A stretch of DNA of 64,000 nucleotides from Eledone cirrhosa (Eukaryota). The DNA lies in NCBI GenBank assembly GCA_964016885.1, contig OZ024765.1, forward strand, positions 21,266,001 through 21,330,000, read 5' to 3'. The notes under the pieces are model-generated. The model ran no database searches. It was not told where the DNA came from and saw only the letters and a program-made list of their open reading frames with translations. Each line of letters begins with the position of its first letter. Within the stretch, counting starts at the first letter, position 1. Positions 1 through 13,473 of this stretch are shown in pieces. Made by a program: the position numbers and the translations under genes.

Positions 1-1443
1 ACAACATTGCTACAGTAACAAGATCAACAGCCTCACCTGGTCCCTAATAACACCTTACCTGGTCTATTACAGACAACCACCAAACAACATTGCTACAGTA
101 ACAAGATCAACAGCCTCACCTGGTCCCTAATAACCCCTTACCTTGTATATTTCAGACAACCACCAAACAACATTGCTACAGTAACAAGATCAACAGCCTC
201 ACCTGGTCCCTAACAACTCCTTACCTGGTCTATTTCAGGCAACCACCAAACAACATTGCTACAGTAACAAGATCAACAGCCTCACCTGGTCCCTAATAAC
301 CCCTTACCTTGTATATTTCAGGCAACCACCAAACAACATTGCTACAGTAACAAGATCAACAGCCTCACCTGGTCCCTAACAACTCCTTACCTGGTCTATT
401 TCAGGCAACCACCAAACACCATTGCTACAGTAACAAGATCAACAGCCTCACCTGGTCCCTAATAACCCCTTACCTGGTCTATTTCAGGCAACCACCAAAC
501 AACATTGCTACAGTAACAAGATCAACAGCCTCACCTGGTCCCTAATAACCCCTTACCTGGTCTATTTCAGGCAACCACCAAACACCATTGCTACAGTAAC
601 AAGATCAACAGCCTCACCTGGTCCCTAACAACTCCTTACCTGGTCTATTTCAGGCAACCACCAAACACCATTGCTACAGTAACAAGATCAACAGCCTCAC
701 CTGGTCCCTAACAACTCCTTACCTGGTCTATTTCAGGCAACCACCCCACAACATTGCTACAGTAACAAGATCAACAGCCTCACCTGGTCCCTAATAACCC
801 CTTACCTTGTATATTACAGGCAACCACCAAACACCATTGCTACAGTAACAAGATCAACAGCCTCACCTGGTCCCTAATAACCCCTTACCTTGTATATTAC
901 AGGCAACCACCAAACACCATTGCTACAGTAACAAGATCAACAGCCTCACCTGGTCCCTAATAACCCCTTACCTGGTCTATTACAGACAACCACCAAACAC
1001 CATTGCTACAGTAACAAGATCAACAGCCTCACTTGGTCCCTAATAACCCCTTACCTGGTCTATTTCAGGCAACCACCAAACACCATTGCTACAGTAACAA
1101 GATCAACAGCCTCACCTGGTCCCTAATAACCCCTTACCTTGTATATTACAGACAACCACCAAACACCATTGCTACAGTAACAAGATCAACAGCCTCACCT
1201 GGTCCCTAACAACCCCTTACCTTGTATATTACAGACAACCACCAAACACCATTGCTACAGTAACAAGATCAACAGCCTCACCTCGTCCCTAATAACCCCT
1301 TACCTTGTATATTTCAGGCAACCACCAAACACCATTGCTACAGTAACAAGATCAACAGCCTCACCTGGTCCCTAATAACCCCTTACCTTGTATATTACAG
1401 GCAACCACCAAACACCATTGCTACAGTAACAAGATCAACAGCC
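1..1443 (+). repeat. 83-bp tandem array (~17 copies, runs off the window start); unit = intron end plus first 43 nt of host exon
   Basis: ACAACATTG recurs at 1, 84, 167. Unit TCACCTGGTCCCTAATAACCCCTTACCTTGTATATTACAG|GCAACCACCAAACACCATTGCTACAGTAACAAGATCAACAGCC. Confidence 0.95.
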
Positions 1444-1534
1444 ACATTAGATGTTGTTCAAGATTCTACAAAAATTAACCGAGATTTACCGCTTGGAAAA
1501 TCAATACGACTGCAGGCTGAAGTTAATGGAACTG
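1401..1534 (+). CDS. ZP-domain membrane protein, internal exon A (linker/start of ZP-C)
   Basis: ttacag| acceptor and G|gtaaat donor. Reads QPPNTIATVTRSTATLDVVQDSTKINRDLPLGKSIRLQAEVNGT(G); phase-1 end matches exon B. Confidence 0.75.
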
Positions 1535-1539
1535 GTAAA

Positions 1540-1580
1540 TATAGACATACACTTATATATATATACATACATAGACACAT

Positions 1581-1629
<49 letters not shown>

Positions 1630-3044
1630 TACACACACATATATATAGAGAGAGATACAAACATACAAATATATATATATAGACACATACACACACATAT
1701 ATATATATATAGACACATACACACTCATATATATAGAGACACAAACATACATATATATATAGACACATACATACACATATATATATATATAGACACATAT
1801 ACATACATACATATATATATATAGACACAAACATACATATATATATGTATAGACACATACACACACATATATATATATAGACACAAACATACATATATAT
1901 ATAGACACATACATACATATATTTATATATATATAGACACATACATACACATATATATATATAGAGACACAAACATACATATATATATGTATAGACACAT
2001 ACACACACATATATATATATAGACACAAACATACATATATATATAGACACATACATACATATATTTATATATATATAGACACATACATACGCATATATAT
2101 ATATAGAGACACAAACATACATATATATATATGTATAGACACAAACACACACATATATATATATATAGACACAAACATACACATATATATAGATATATAG
2201 ACACATACACACACATATATATATGTATAGACACATACACACACACACATATATACATAAACACAAACATACATATATATATAGACACATACATACACAC
2301 ACATATATATATATAGACACAAACATACATATATATATATAGACACATACATACATATATTTATATATATATAGACACATACATACACATATATATATAT
2401 AGAGACACAAACATACATATATATATGTATAGACACAAACACACACATATATATATATATAGACACAAACATACACATATATATAGATATATAGACACAT
2501 ACACACACATATATATATGTATAGACACATACACACACACATATATACATATAGACACAAACATACATATATATATAGACACATACATACACACACATAT
2601 ATATATGTATAGACACATACACACACATATATATATATATATAGACACAAACATATATATATATATAGACACATACATACTTATATATATATATATATTT
2701 ATAGACACATACACACACATATATATATATATAGACACATACACACACATATATATATATAGACACATACACACACATATATATATAGACACAAACATAC
2801 ATATATATATATATAGATACATACATATATATATATATATAGACTCACACATACACATATATATATATATATATATAGCCACAAACATACATATATTTAT
2901 GGACACATACACACACATATATATAGACACATACACACACACATATATATATAGAGAGAGACACAAACATACATATATATATATAGACACATACATACAC
3001 ATATATATATATATAGACACAAACATAGATATATATATATATAG

Positions 3045-3077
<33 letters not shown>

Positions 3078-3770
3078 GACACATACACACACACACATAT
3101 ATATATATATATAGACACATACACACACATATATATATAGACACAAACATACATATATATATAGACACATACATACACACACATATATATATATAGACAC
3201 AAACATACATATATATATATAGACACATACATACATATATTTATATATATATAGACACATACATACACATATATATATATAGAGACACAAACATACATAT
3301 ATATATGTATAGACACATACACACACATATATATATATATAGACACAAACATACATATATATATAGATATATAGACACATACACACACATATATATATGT
3401 ATAGACACATACACACACACATATATATATATAGACACAAACATACATATATTTATAGACACATACACACACATATATATATATACATATAGACACATAC
3501 ACACACATATATATATAGACACAAACATACATATATTTATAGACACATACATACACACACATATATATATATAGACACATACACACACACATATATATAT
3601 ATATATAGACACAAACATACATATATATATATATATATATAGACACATACACACATATATATATATAGACACATACATATATATATATCCTTATATATAT
3701 ATATATATATAGACATACATACATATATATATATCCTTATATATATATATATATATATAGAGGCACATAT
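1540..3770. repeat. compound (TA)n/(CA)n/GACAC microsatellite
   Basis: Low-complexity AT/AC tracts; source of spurious ORFs. Confidence 0.95.
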
Positions 3771-3772
3771 AT

Positions 3773-4118
3773 GGAGGCACATGGCTTAGTGGTTAGAGCA
3801 TTGGCCTTGCAATCGAAAGGTTGTGAGTTCAATTCTCAGACCGGGTGATGTGTTGTTTCCTTGAGCAAGACACTTTATTTCACATTGCTCCAGTTTACTC
3901 AGCTGTAGAAATGAGATGATAGGGACTGGGGTCCCTATCATTCCACTGCAAAGTGGTCGTGGAGGCGCCACGGCAAAAAAGCACCCAGCACTCACTGTAA
4001 ATGAGGTTGGTGTTAGGAAGGGCATCCAGCTGTAGAAATCAAGCCAGCATCAGTTCCCGTCCCACCCTTGCAAGCAGGGAAAAGTGGACGTAAAATGAAA
4101 TGATGATGAATGATGATG
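3773..4118 (+). mobile_element. tRNA-derived CORE-like SINE with RTE-type tail
   Basis: A-box TGGCTTAGTGG, B-box GAGTTCAATTCTC, CORE-like CCTTGAGCAAGACACTT...CTGTAGAAATG, tail GTCCCACCCTTGCAAGCAGGGAAAAGTGGACGTAAAATG(ATG)n. Five near-identical copies in the window. Confidence 0.9.
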
Positions 4119-4846
4119 ATAGACACATACATACATATATATATATATAGACACATACATACACATATATATATATATATATATAGACATACACTTATAT
4201 ATATATACATATATAGACACATACACACACACACATATATATATATATAGACACATACACACACATATATATATAGACACATACATACATATATATATAT
4301 ATATATAGACACATACACACACATATATATATATATAGACACAAACATATATATATATATAGACACATACATACTTATATATATATATATATATATAGAC
4401 ACATACACACACATATATATATATATAGACACATACACACACATATATATAGACACATACACACACATATATATATAGACACAAACATACATATATATAT
4501 ATATATAGATACATACATATATATATATATATATAGACACACACATACACATATATATATATATATATATAGACACAAACATACATATATATATATGGAC
4601 ACATACACACACATATATATAGACACATACACACACACATATATATATAGAGAGACACAAACATACATATATATATATATATAGACACATACATACACAT
4701 ATATATATATATAGACACAAACATACATATATATATATATAGACACACACACACACATATATATATATAGACACAAACATATATATATAGACACATACAC
4801 ACACATATATATATATAGACACATACATATATATATATATATATAG

Positions 4847-4879
<33 letters not shown>

Positions 4880-5021
4880 GATACATACATATATATATAT
4901 AGACATACAAAGACATATATATATATAGACACATATATATATATAGACACATACGTACACACACACACTTATATATATGTATATATATATATAAACATAT
5001 ATATTGATATACATATATATA

Positions 5022-5070
<49 letters not shown>

Positions 5071-5162
5071 GTATATCTGTGTGTGTTTGTATATATATAT
5101 ATACACACACATCATATATATATATATATATAATGTGTTTATATATATATATAGATACATAC

Positions 5163-5207
<45 letters not shown>

Positions 5208-5209
5208 GT

Positions 5210-5270
<61 letters not shown>

Positions 5271-5298
5271 GTGTTTATATATATATATAGATACATAC

Positions 5299-5357
<59 letters not shown>

Positions 5358-5444
5358 GTATATATATATAATGTGTTTATATATATATATATATAATGTA
5401 TATATACATAATGTGTTTATATATATATATATAATATATAATGC

Positions 5445-5491
<47 letters not shown>

Positions 5492-5492
5492 C

Positions 5493-5525
<33 letters not shown>

Positions 5526-5580
5526 CACACATTATATATATATATATATATACTGTGTGTATAATATATATATGTATACA
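4119..5580. repeat. compound (TA)n/(CA)n microsatellite
   Basis: Low-complexity tract. Confidence 0.95.
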
Positions 5581-5801
5581 TACCTACGTATATACACCCA
5601 CACAGCCACAGTTGCATCATCAAGTCATCATTCAGTCATTTGTAAAGATATAATTATTGTCTCGTTATCACCTTGCTGACACACTACCTGTGTTGTAGCT
5701 GTAGGGGATGATGATGGCATTATATATATATATATATGTGTGTGTATATATATATACACGCATATGTATATATATATATATATATATACACATATATATA
5801 T

Positions 5802-7820
5802 ATAATAATAATAATAATGAAATTATTGTGTAAAGTGCTCAGGTGCACCACAACTCGTCAAAGGTGTATGTATAGTACATAGAATAATACACAAATGTCA
5901 GGGAAGTACATGTGTGTATGTGTTAGCTGTCGTGTTGGCGGATCTCGGGAAGCATGGAGGCCTTAAAGGATGCAGTGTCTCGACAGCTAACAACTGATGC
6001 AGGTAGTTTGTTCCATGCTTCAGCAATTCTGAGCGTGAAAAAATGTTTCCGAAAGTCATGGGAGCTGAGCTGTTTTCTTACTTTGTGGGCATGTCCACGT
6101 GTGTTAGACACATGGAAATCAAAAAGATACTCAGGGTTGTTGTTGGCAAGATGGTTAACAATTTTGTGGGTGTTTACCAAGTCTGTTGCCAGACGGAGCT
6201 TCAATGTATCCATGCCCAGGGAAGCAAGGCGTTCAGAGTATGGTAGATGCCTGATGGAGGGTATTCGCTTGGTTGCACGTCTCTGAACAGTTTCCAGGCG
6301 GTCAATGTCCTGAGCAAGATAGGGGTTCCAGACTGGTGATGCAAATTCTAAGTGTGGTCGCACCATAGCTGTATACAGCCTTAAATAGATATCTGGAGAG
6401 CGGCTGACAAAGGTCTTGCTGAGTGATGCTAAGACACCCTCGGCCTTCTTGACAATTTTAGAGACGTGCCTCGTCCAACGCAAATCGCTGCTGACCGTAA
6501 TGCCCAGGTCACGTTCACAGGAAGACTTCTTGATATTAGTGCTGTGGAGGGAGTATGTGGACGCTGGGTTTTTACTCCCAAAATGCATGGTGTTGCACTT
6601 GTCCACAGCTAGCTTGAGTTGCCAGTCTGAGATCCATTGTTGCATTGTGTCCAGGTCAGACTGCAAGCAAGATCTATAGTGTTCAGGATCTGTCCTTTTT
6701 ACCTCAAGGTACAGCTTGATGTCGTCTGCGTACTTTAGTACTGTGGCATTCCTTAAGTTGGCATCTATGTCATTAATATATGCCACAAACAAAAGGGGGC
6801 CAAGAACAGATCCCTGTGGTACACCAGATGACATCTCATATGGTGAGGAATGCTGTCCCAGAACCGTAACTACCTCTCTTCGACTGAGAATGAAGGACTT
6901 CAACCAGTTAACAAGATCATCCTTCACACCCATTGCAGAGAGTTTTGCCATAAGCCTTTTGTGTGGCACAGAATTGAAGGCCTTCGCAAAATCAAGGTAA
7001 ACAACATCCACCCATGAGCCGCCATCAGTGATCCGGGTGATGTCCTCAAGAAACTCTATAAGTTGATCACAGCAGCTGGAGTTTGGGATAAATCCAAATT
7101 GCGAGGGCCGGATAAGACTGTGAGAGCTCCAGAAGTTCCAAAGTGTTTCCCTGACACAGGATTCCATCAGTTTGGCGATGCAACTAGTAAGACTGACTGG
7201 ACGATAGTTCACAGGTGATGTGCGGTCACCCTTTTTGAACAGAGGAATGACACTGGCAGTTTTCCACTGTTCTGGAGTAGCACTGTTGTTCAGACAGAAT
7301 TGGAAGAAGTGTGATAACTGGTGTAGAAGGAAGTACCCACCATGTTTAAGAAGCAGGTACGTAACACCATCAAGACCAGGAGAGGCATGGTTGCGTTTAT
7401 TTTTTAGGTGACGTCGCAGCATTGCAGGTGTAAATTCCATGGTTGTAATAGAGTCCGGTGTCATAGGTGGTGGAGATGGCACACTCTGGTCTTCAATAGT
7501 GAAAATGCCTGCATAGCATTCAGCAATGAGCTCTGCGCATTCCTTGGGGTCGTCAGTAACCTGGCTTGTGTGCGGATTGCGAAAAGGACCAACTGGAGAG
7601 TGAGGCCTCTGCTTTGAGTGAACATACTTCCAGAACACCTTACTGTCAGGGCTGGTTGCTATGCGCTGCTCAAATTGAAGCACTGCCTTTTTTGTCACCT
7701 GTTTGAGGTGGTTGGACGATCTATTTCGCCTCTTCCTATTAATGTCTGATTTGTGAAGTTTGTACTCACGTTCAGCATTGCGCCGTTCTTTTCTGGCAAG
7801 ACGGACTGCTGCAGTCTCCC
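5802..7820 (-). mobile_element. 5'-truncated CR1/L2-group LINE (RT plus C-terminal region)
   Basis: ORF 5923-7698: NYRPVSLTS, YLDFAKAFNSVPH, GVPQGSVLGPLLF, YADDIKLY, VRPHLEFASPVWNPY; short 3' UTR ending in a (TAT)n tail. Confidence 0.9.
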
Positions 7821-7911
7821 AAATATATATATAAGTATGTATATATATGTGTGTGTATATATATATTCATATATATATACACACACAAATATATATATAT
7901 ATGTGTGTGTG

Positions 7912-7948
<37 letters not shown>

Positions 7949-7956
7949 ATATATGT

Positions 7957-8026
<70 letters not shown>

Positions 8027-8027
<1 letters not shown>

Positions 8028-8365
8028 GAAGCACATGGCTTAGTGGTTAGAGCATTGGCCTTGCAATCGAAAGGTTGTGAGTTCAATTCTCAGACCGGGT
8101 GATGTGTTGTTTCCTTGAGCAAGACACTTTATTTCACATTGCTCCAGTTTACTCAGCTGTAGAAATGAGATGATAGGGACTGGGGTCCATATCATTCCAC
8201 TACAAAGTGGTTGTGGAGGTGCCACGGCAAAAAAGCACCCAGCACTCACTGTAAATGAGGTTGGTGTTAGGAAGGGCATCCAGCTGTAGAAATCAAGCCA
8301 GAATCAGTTCCCGTCCCACCCTTGCAAGCAGGGAAAAAGCGGACTTAAAACGAAATGATGAAATG
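8027..8365 (+). mobile_element. tRNA-derived CORE-like SINE, copy 2
   Basis: Near-identical to 3773-4118. Confidence 0.9.
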
Positions 8366-8787
8366 ATAATATATATATTTATTTGCTTAAACTTTAATCT
8401 CTACGGTTCTTATATATTTGATATATATTTATTCTTATCGAGCCCTCTTTGGATTTTAGTCTTCAAATTTATTATTATTACTATATATATATAAGCACAC
8501 ACACATATATAAATATATATACACACCCATATTTATACATATACATATATATAAGCACACGCACATATATAAATATATACATATATTATATATATATATA
8601 TATATCATCATCATTTTACATCCTCTTTTCCCTGCTTGCAATCAAACTAGTGGAAATGAATTGACATAGCCTCTCAGTCATACTTCACTCCCTCAATGAT
8701 ATAATTAGTCTTGTGTTATTCAGAATACAAACCCATTACTCTGGGCACACACGTAGATTAATTAGTCAGAAAAACGATTTCCTATAA

Positions 8788-8900
8788 TTGTTTCTACGTT
8801 AGGCACAATGCCAGCAATTACCAGTACATTACTGGTACTTTATTTTATTGACCCCGTAAGGATGAAAGGCAAAGTTAACCTTGGCGGGATTTGAACTCTG
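8788..8900 (-). mobile_element. Meta-domain-like SINE fragment
   Basis: Reverse complement GAGTTCAAATCCCGCC..GCCTTTCATCCTTACGGGGTCAATAAAATAAAGTACCAG; homologous to 51860-52020. Confidence 0.7.
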
Positions 8901-9261
8901 AATGGCAAGGGCCGTAACTCTATACGTCAAAGCATGGCGTCCAACCCTCTACCAATACTGCCAATCCAATAATATTAACATATCAGAATCTCAGACAAAG
9001 ATTTGGTTTCAGCACAATTCTGATTCGTTAAACAATGACTTAATTAGAAACACAGTTCGCAGGAATTATGTAATATCAGGAGATATTACATAATTTAGCT
9101 TGAAATTACTGCTTCAGCAGGTTTTAACTTCTCATGAATAGAAAAGTTTATTTTGCTGGTGACGGTAATCACCGAGTGTAGGAGTAAAACTAGACTTTTA
9201 ATGACATGTGACTTCGCATCAAAGAGGAGGTAGGCCTGACCTGACCATTTATATATCTCAT

Positions 9262-9560
9262 CCTCATCATCACCGTTTAACATCCTTTTTCCACACTAGC
9301 ATGCGTTAGATGGGTTGTGTTGTTTGAGGCAAGTTGGGTCCCGTGACTGTGTCTTGTTAATGCAAAACTGTTTCTGGCAAGATATCCACAACTGGAAACC
9401 CTTCCTAATGCCAACAACATTTACAGTGTGTACTGGGTACTTTTTATCATGACACCTACACGATCACTTTACAGTGTGGGCTGGATGTTCTTTACAGTGA
9501 GGAGTGGGCATCTTTGTTGTGACACCAACACAACACAGTGGGGACTAGGGAGGGTGGAGG
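9262..9560 (-). mobile_element. degenerate RTE 3'-UTR / bipartite SINE-like fragment
   Basis: Homologous to 33450-33650, 37876-38310 and 52060-52430 (CCCTTCCTAA motif, (CAT)n tail). Confidence 0.65.
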
Positions 9561-9621
9561 GGCTTGGATATAATATTTGAAATTAATATATGATGTTGAT
9601 GATGATGATGATGATGATAAC

Positions 9622-9695
9622 TATTTCATCTGATGACCGAGCTGGATGTTTCTGTAAGGATCGTCTAGTTTTCTGAAACCTTTGGTAATGAAATA
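9622..9695 (+). ncRNA. type I hammerhead ribozyme motif
   Basis: TATTTCAT-CTGATGA-(helix II region)-GAAA-CCtttGG-TA-ATGAAATA; 8-bp helix I. Same family as 22933. Confidence 0.7.
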
Positions 9696-9819
9696 ATTAT
9701 ATTGTGTTGTTTATTATGTAATTAAATATATAAATATATATATATATATATAGCTCAAACAACAAACAGAGGTACAAAAAGTGTTATTATTTTCATGCTT
9801 TATATGGGAAAGGGGAAAG

Positions 9820-9860
9820 AAAGTTCGACGTTTCGGACTTTAACCCTTCTTTAGATGTAC
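9820..9860 (-). ncRNA. degenerate PLE-type hammerhead motif
   Basis: Reverse complement CTAAAGAAGGGTTAAAGTCCGAAACGTCGA; core box mutated to CTAAAGA. Confidence 0.4.
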
Positions 9861-9937
9861 AAAAAGAGACAGGATCACAAAGGGTAGATACAGACACATG
9901 CTTGTGTGCTCTTATATATATATATATATATATTAGT

Positions 9938-10056
9938 GAAGGCGTGAGGCTGAGTGGTTAGAGAATTGGATTCGCAATCGTAAGGTTGTGAGTTCGATTC
10001 CTGGACCAGGTGATGTGTTATGTCCTTGAGCAAGACACTTTATTTCACGTTGCTCC
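9938..10056 (+). mobile_element. truncated tRNA-derived SINE (related subfamily)
   Basis: GGCTGAGTGGTTAGAG...GAGTTCGATTCC...CCTTGAGCAAGACACTTT. Confidence 0.8.
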
Positions 10057-10170
10057 TTCTACCTGGAGTTGCGACCGATAGATAGTATTAGCAATTGGAA
10101 AGACCAACGGAAACATTGTTCCCTCGGTCCGATTTGACGAAAGTCAATCGTTCCTATAATGTATATACAG

Positions 10171-10242
<72 letters not shown>

Positions 10243-10341
10243 CAGGGTCTCCCCGCAAATGTATACACACTTCAACAGCATTCTAATAAATGTTGTCTGT
10301 ACAGGTAATCAAAGTGTGTGTACATTTTTGGGGACATCCTG
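10243..10341. mobile_element. ~100-bp Tc1/mariner-type MITE
   Basis: Imperfect TIRs CAGGGTCTCCCCGCAAATGTATACACACTT / AAGTGTGTGTACATTTTTGGGGACATCCTG in a TA tract. Confidence 0.7.
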
Positions 10342-10415
10342 TTTATATATATATATAAGATGGAAAACGATATATATATATATATATTAGAATTGGTGCT
10401 CTGAAATAGCGATAC

Positions 10416-10649
10416 ATATATGAATGTATATATAGTGTATTTTACAATACACTGTATGCTTAATTAAAAGCATTTCGAAGACCCTACGCTATTGTTTTAG
10501 AGTAGTGACAGTCTCACTTACTTTAAATTTTCAGCAAACTGTTTGCTGAAAATTGAAAGTAAGTGAGACTGTCACTACTCTAAATCAATAGTGTAGGGTC
10601 TTGCTTTTAATTAAGCATACAGTGTATTGCAAAATACACTATATATACA

Positions 10650-10658
<9 letters not shown>
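10416..10658. repeat. ~240-bp near-perfect palindrome in a (TA)n tract
   Basis: Arms pair around CAGCAAAC-T-GTTTGCTG (centre 10540). Confidence 0.9.
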
Positions 10659-10699
<41 letters not shown>

Positions 10700-11507
10700 G
10701 AAATACTGTTGGCTTCACGCTCATAACAATTTCTATACTTTAATTTATATATATATGTACTTATATATACATATATATATATATAGATATATATATATAT
10801 ACATATAGTATTAAGGATACTATTTATGGTTATGTATATACTAAAACTTTTTATAGTTATATATATTTTAAACCCTAAACAGTGAAAGACAGTAACAACC
10901 TGCTCTATAAAATTGAATTAAAGAACACTGAGCCGCAACAAGCTGTAATAATTTAACTTAATACATCAAACACCAAACATCCAATACTGAATCATCGTTA
11001 ATTATATGAAGGACATATAATCTATATATTACGTTTCCTGAATTGTGAAAATGGTGGTGTATACAAAAATAATAACATTATTTTGCTTCTCATTTATAAT
11101 ATTTCTCTGCACACAAGCTTCTTTATCATACACAAAAAATACTTTACCACTACAACCTCCATAATACTCTTGATTACCCGCTTAAAGTGCTTGTATTGCA
11201 TATAACACCTTGACGCACAATAATCTTATATAAATAAGACACACGTGCATGCCCCACGTGTAACTATTGCATACACTAACTACTTCAAACTATCCTCTTG
11301 CATTATCTACGTAAACTGCCGATGTTGTATTTTAACTTTAATTTTGCTTTGATTCTGTTTTAATATGATTTTAATTTTTGAATTTAAATTGCCATGCTAA
11401 AATATTATAATGGATGTCACCCCACTGTGCATCGATATATACATATGTATCTGTATGTCTCTTGTGTTGGAAAGGAGGTCATGTATGTAAACAATCATTG
11501 AAAAATT

Positions 11508-11552
11508 GCTCCGAAGACTCCAAACCTCGGTTTGGATGAAACAATTGTAAGC
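11508..11552 (+). ncRNA. minimal hammerhead motif, core variant CCGAAGA
   Basis: GCT-CCGAAGA-c-TCCAAAC-ctcg-GTTTGGA-t-GAAA-CAATTG-TA-AGC; palindromic helix III. Confidence 0.55.
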
Positions 11553-11633
11553 TAATAAATGGTTTGAACAGAACTTTGATTCATGTGAATTCTATATATA
11601 TATATATATACATATATATACATATATATATAC

Positions 11634-11682
<49 letters not shown>

Positions 11683-11777
11683 CATATATACATATATATA
11701 TATACATATATATACATATATACATATATATATATACATATATACATATATATATATACATATATATACATATATAC

Positions 11778-11896
<119 letters not shown>

Positions 11897-11933
11897 CATA
11901 TATATATATACATATATATATATACATATATAC

Positions 11934-12026
<93 letters not shown>

Positions 12027-12027
12027 C

Positions 12028-12058
<31 letters not shown>

Positions 12059-12185
12059 CATATATATATATACATATATATAGAGAAAATTGAGGTTGGT
12101 AATGGCACATGGAATATATAAGAGACAGAATACTTTTTTGTGAAAAAACATAATTTTATAAGGTAAGGAAATAATAAAGGGTATA

Positions 12186-12234
12186 AAAAATGACCGGTTT
12201 CGATGGGTCTGCAAAAGCCATCTTTTCAAATGTT
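12186..12234 (-). ncRNA. minimal hammerhead motif, U3-A8 core variant, in 3' pLTR
   Basis: Reverse complement TTGAAAA-GATGG-cttttgcagac-CCATC-GAAA-CCGG-TC; helix I is weak. Confidence 0.6.
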
Positions 12235-12682
12235 GATTAATATTAAGAAAAATTAATAATACGAAGAGTTAAAATTTGAGACTTGAAAATTCAAGTATAA
12301 AATTCATTGTGGGATTTCATAGCAGTTTTCATCTAGGTAGCAACAACAGGTTGACTGCTGTGTCCCTTTCTGGTAGTGAATGAGAAGTTATTTGGGGTGT
12401 GGGTTATTTTATAAAGGTCAGATTTAGCAATCGCCAGCTGCTGGTCAGTGAGGGGGTGGAAGCAATATACACACACATATCTTCCTGTGATGGGTAGGAG
12501 AGTGGAGCGTGATAGAAAAGGATTTAGTGCACTTACACCTATATATACACACATACCTTCATCCACACATACATACATATACATATACATATACATATAT
12601 ATATATACATATACACACATACATACACACACACATACATATACATACACACATACACACACACACACATATATATACACAT

Positions 12683-12743
<61 letters not shown>

Positions 12744-12774
12744 TATATATACATACACATACATCCAGATACAC

Positions 12775-12813
<39 letters not shown>

Positions 12814-12818
12814 CATAT

Positions 12819-12874
<56 letters not shown>

Positions 12875-13473
12875 CCACACATACATACACACACACATAT
12901 ATATATATACATATACATACACACATACAAACATACACACACACACACACACATATATATACACACATACACACACATATATACACACACACACGCATAT
13001 ATATATATATATATACACATACGCATACATCCAGATACCCACATACATACACACACACACACACACACACGCACACACAATACATACATCCACATGCACA
13101 CACATACTCACACACACACACACACACACATATACATACACCCACACACAGAGAAATGGCCTTCAAATATATATATATATATATACATACAGACACATAT
13201 ATTTTTTCCATAATATAAGAAGTTGGGGCAGTGAAATTAAAATACAAGTCATTCTGATCTTCATGTAGATTGGGCCCCGCAACCGACAGTGGTGAATTCT
13301 GTGTGCGCATATATATATAGATATATGTGTGTGCACGTGCAGGGTTTAACATGGATGTGTTGGTCACACAAAGGCATGGTCTGTCAATGAATAAACCTGA
13401 TTCTACAGAATTGGTCTCTGGTCTTTAATAGTAGTGATTCCGTACGTATGTGTGTTTATATTTTATGACAATT

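Noticed and set aside
1-1443. CRISPR-like appearance of regular arrays (also 32435, 46390, 54708, 57852)
   Set aside because: No unique spacers and no cas genes; eukaryotic tandem repeats.
3773-3850. tRNA gene
   Set aside because: A/B boxes are present, but there is no proper acceptor stem and it continues into a SINE body in five copies.
1458-5679. Long Y/I/C/V/M- and H/T-rich ORFs, here and throughout the window
   Set aside because: Translations of (TA)n/(CA)n microsatellites, which lack stop codons.
8430-8475. Hammerhead-like TTGAAGA...CGATAA on the minus strand
   Set aside because: Both core boxes deviate and the helices are unconvincing.
9142-9230. Possible extra ZP-gene exon (KFILLVTV..MTCDF, AG|gtaggc)
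   Set aside because: Weak acceptor; its phase would break the A-to-B junction, which is already continuous.
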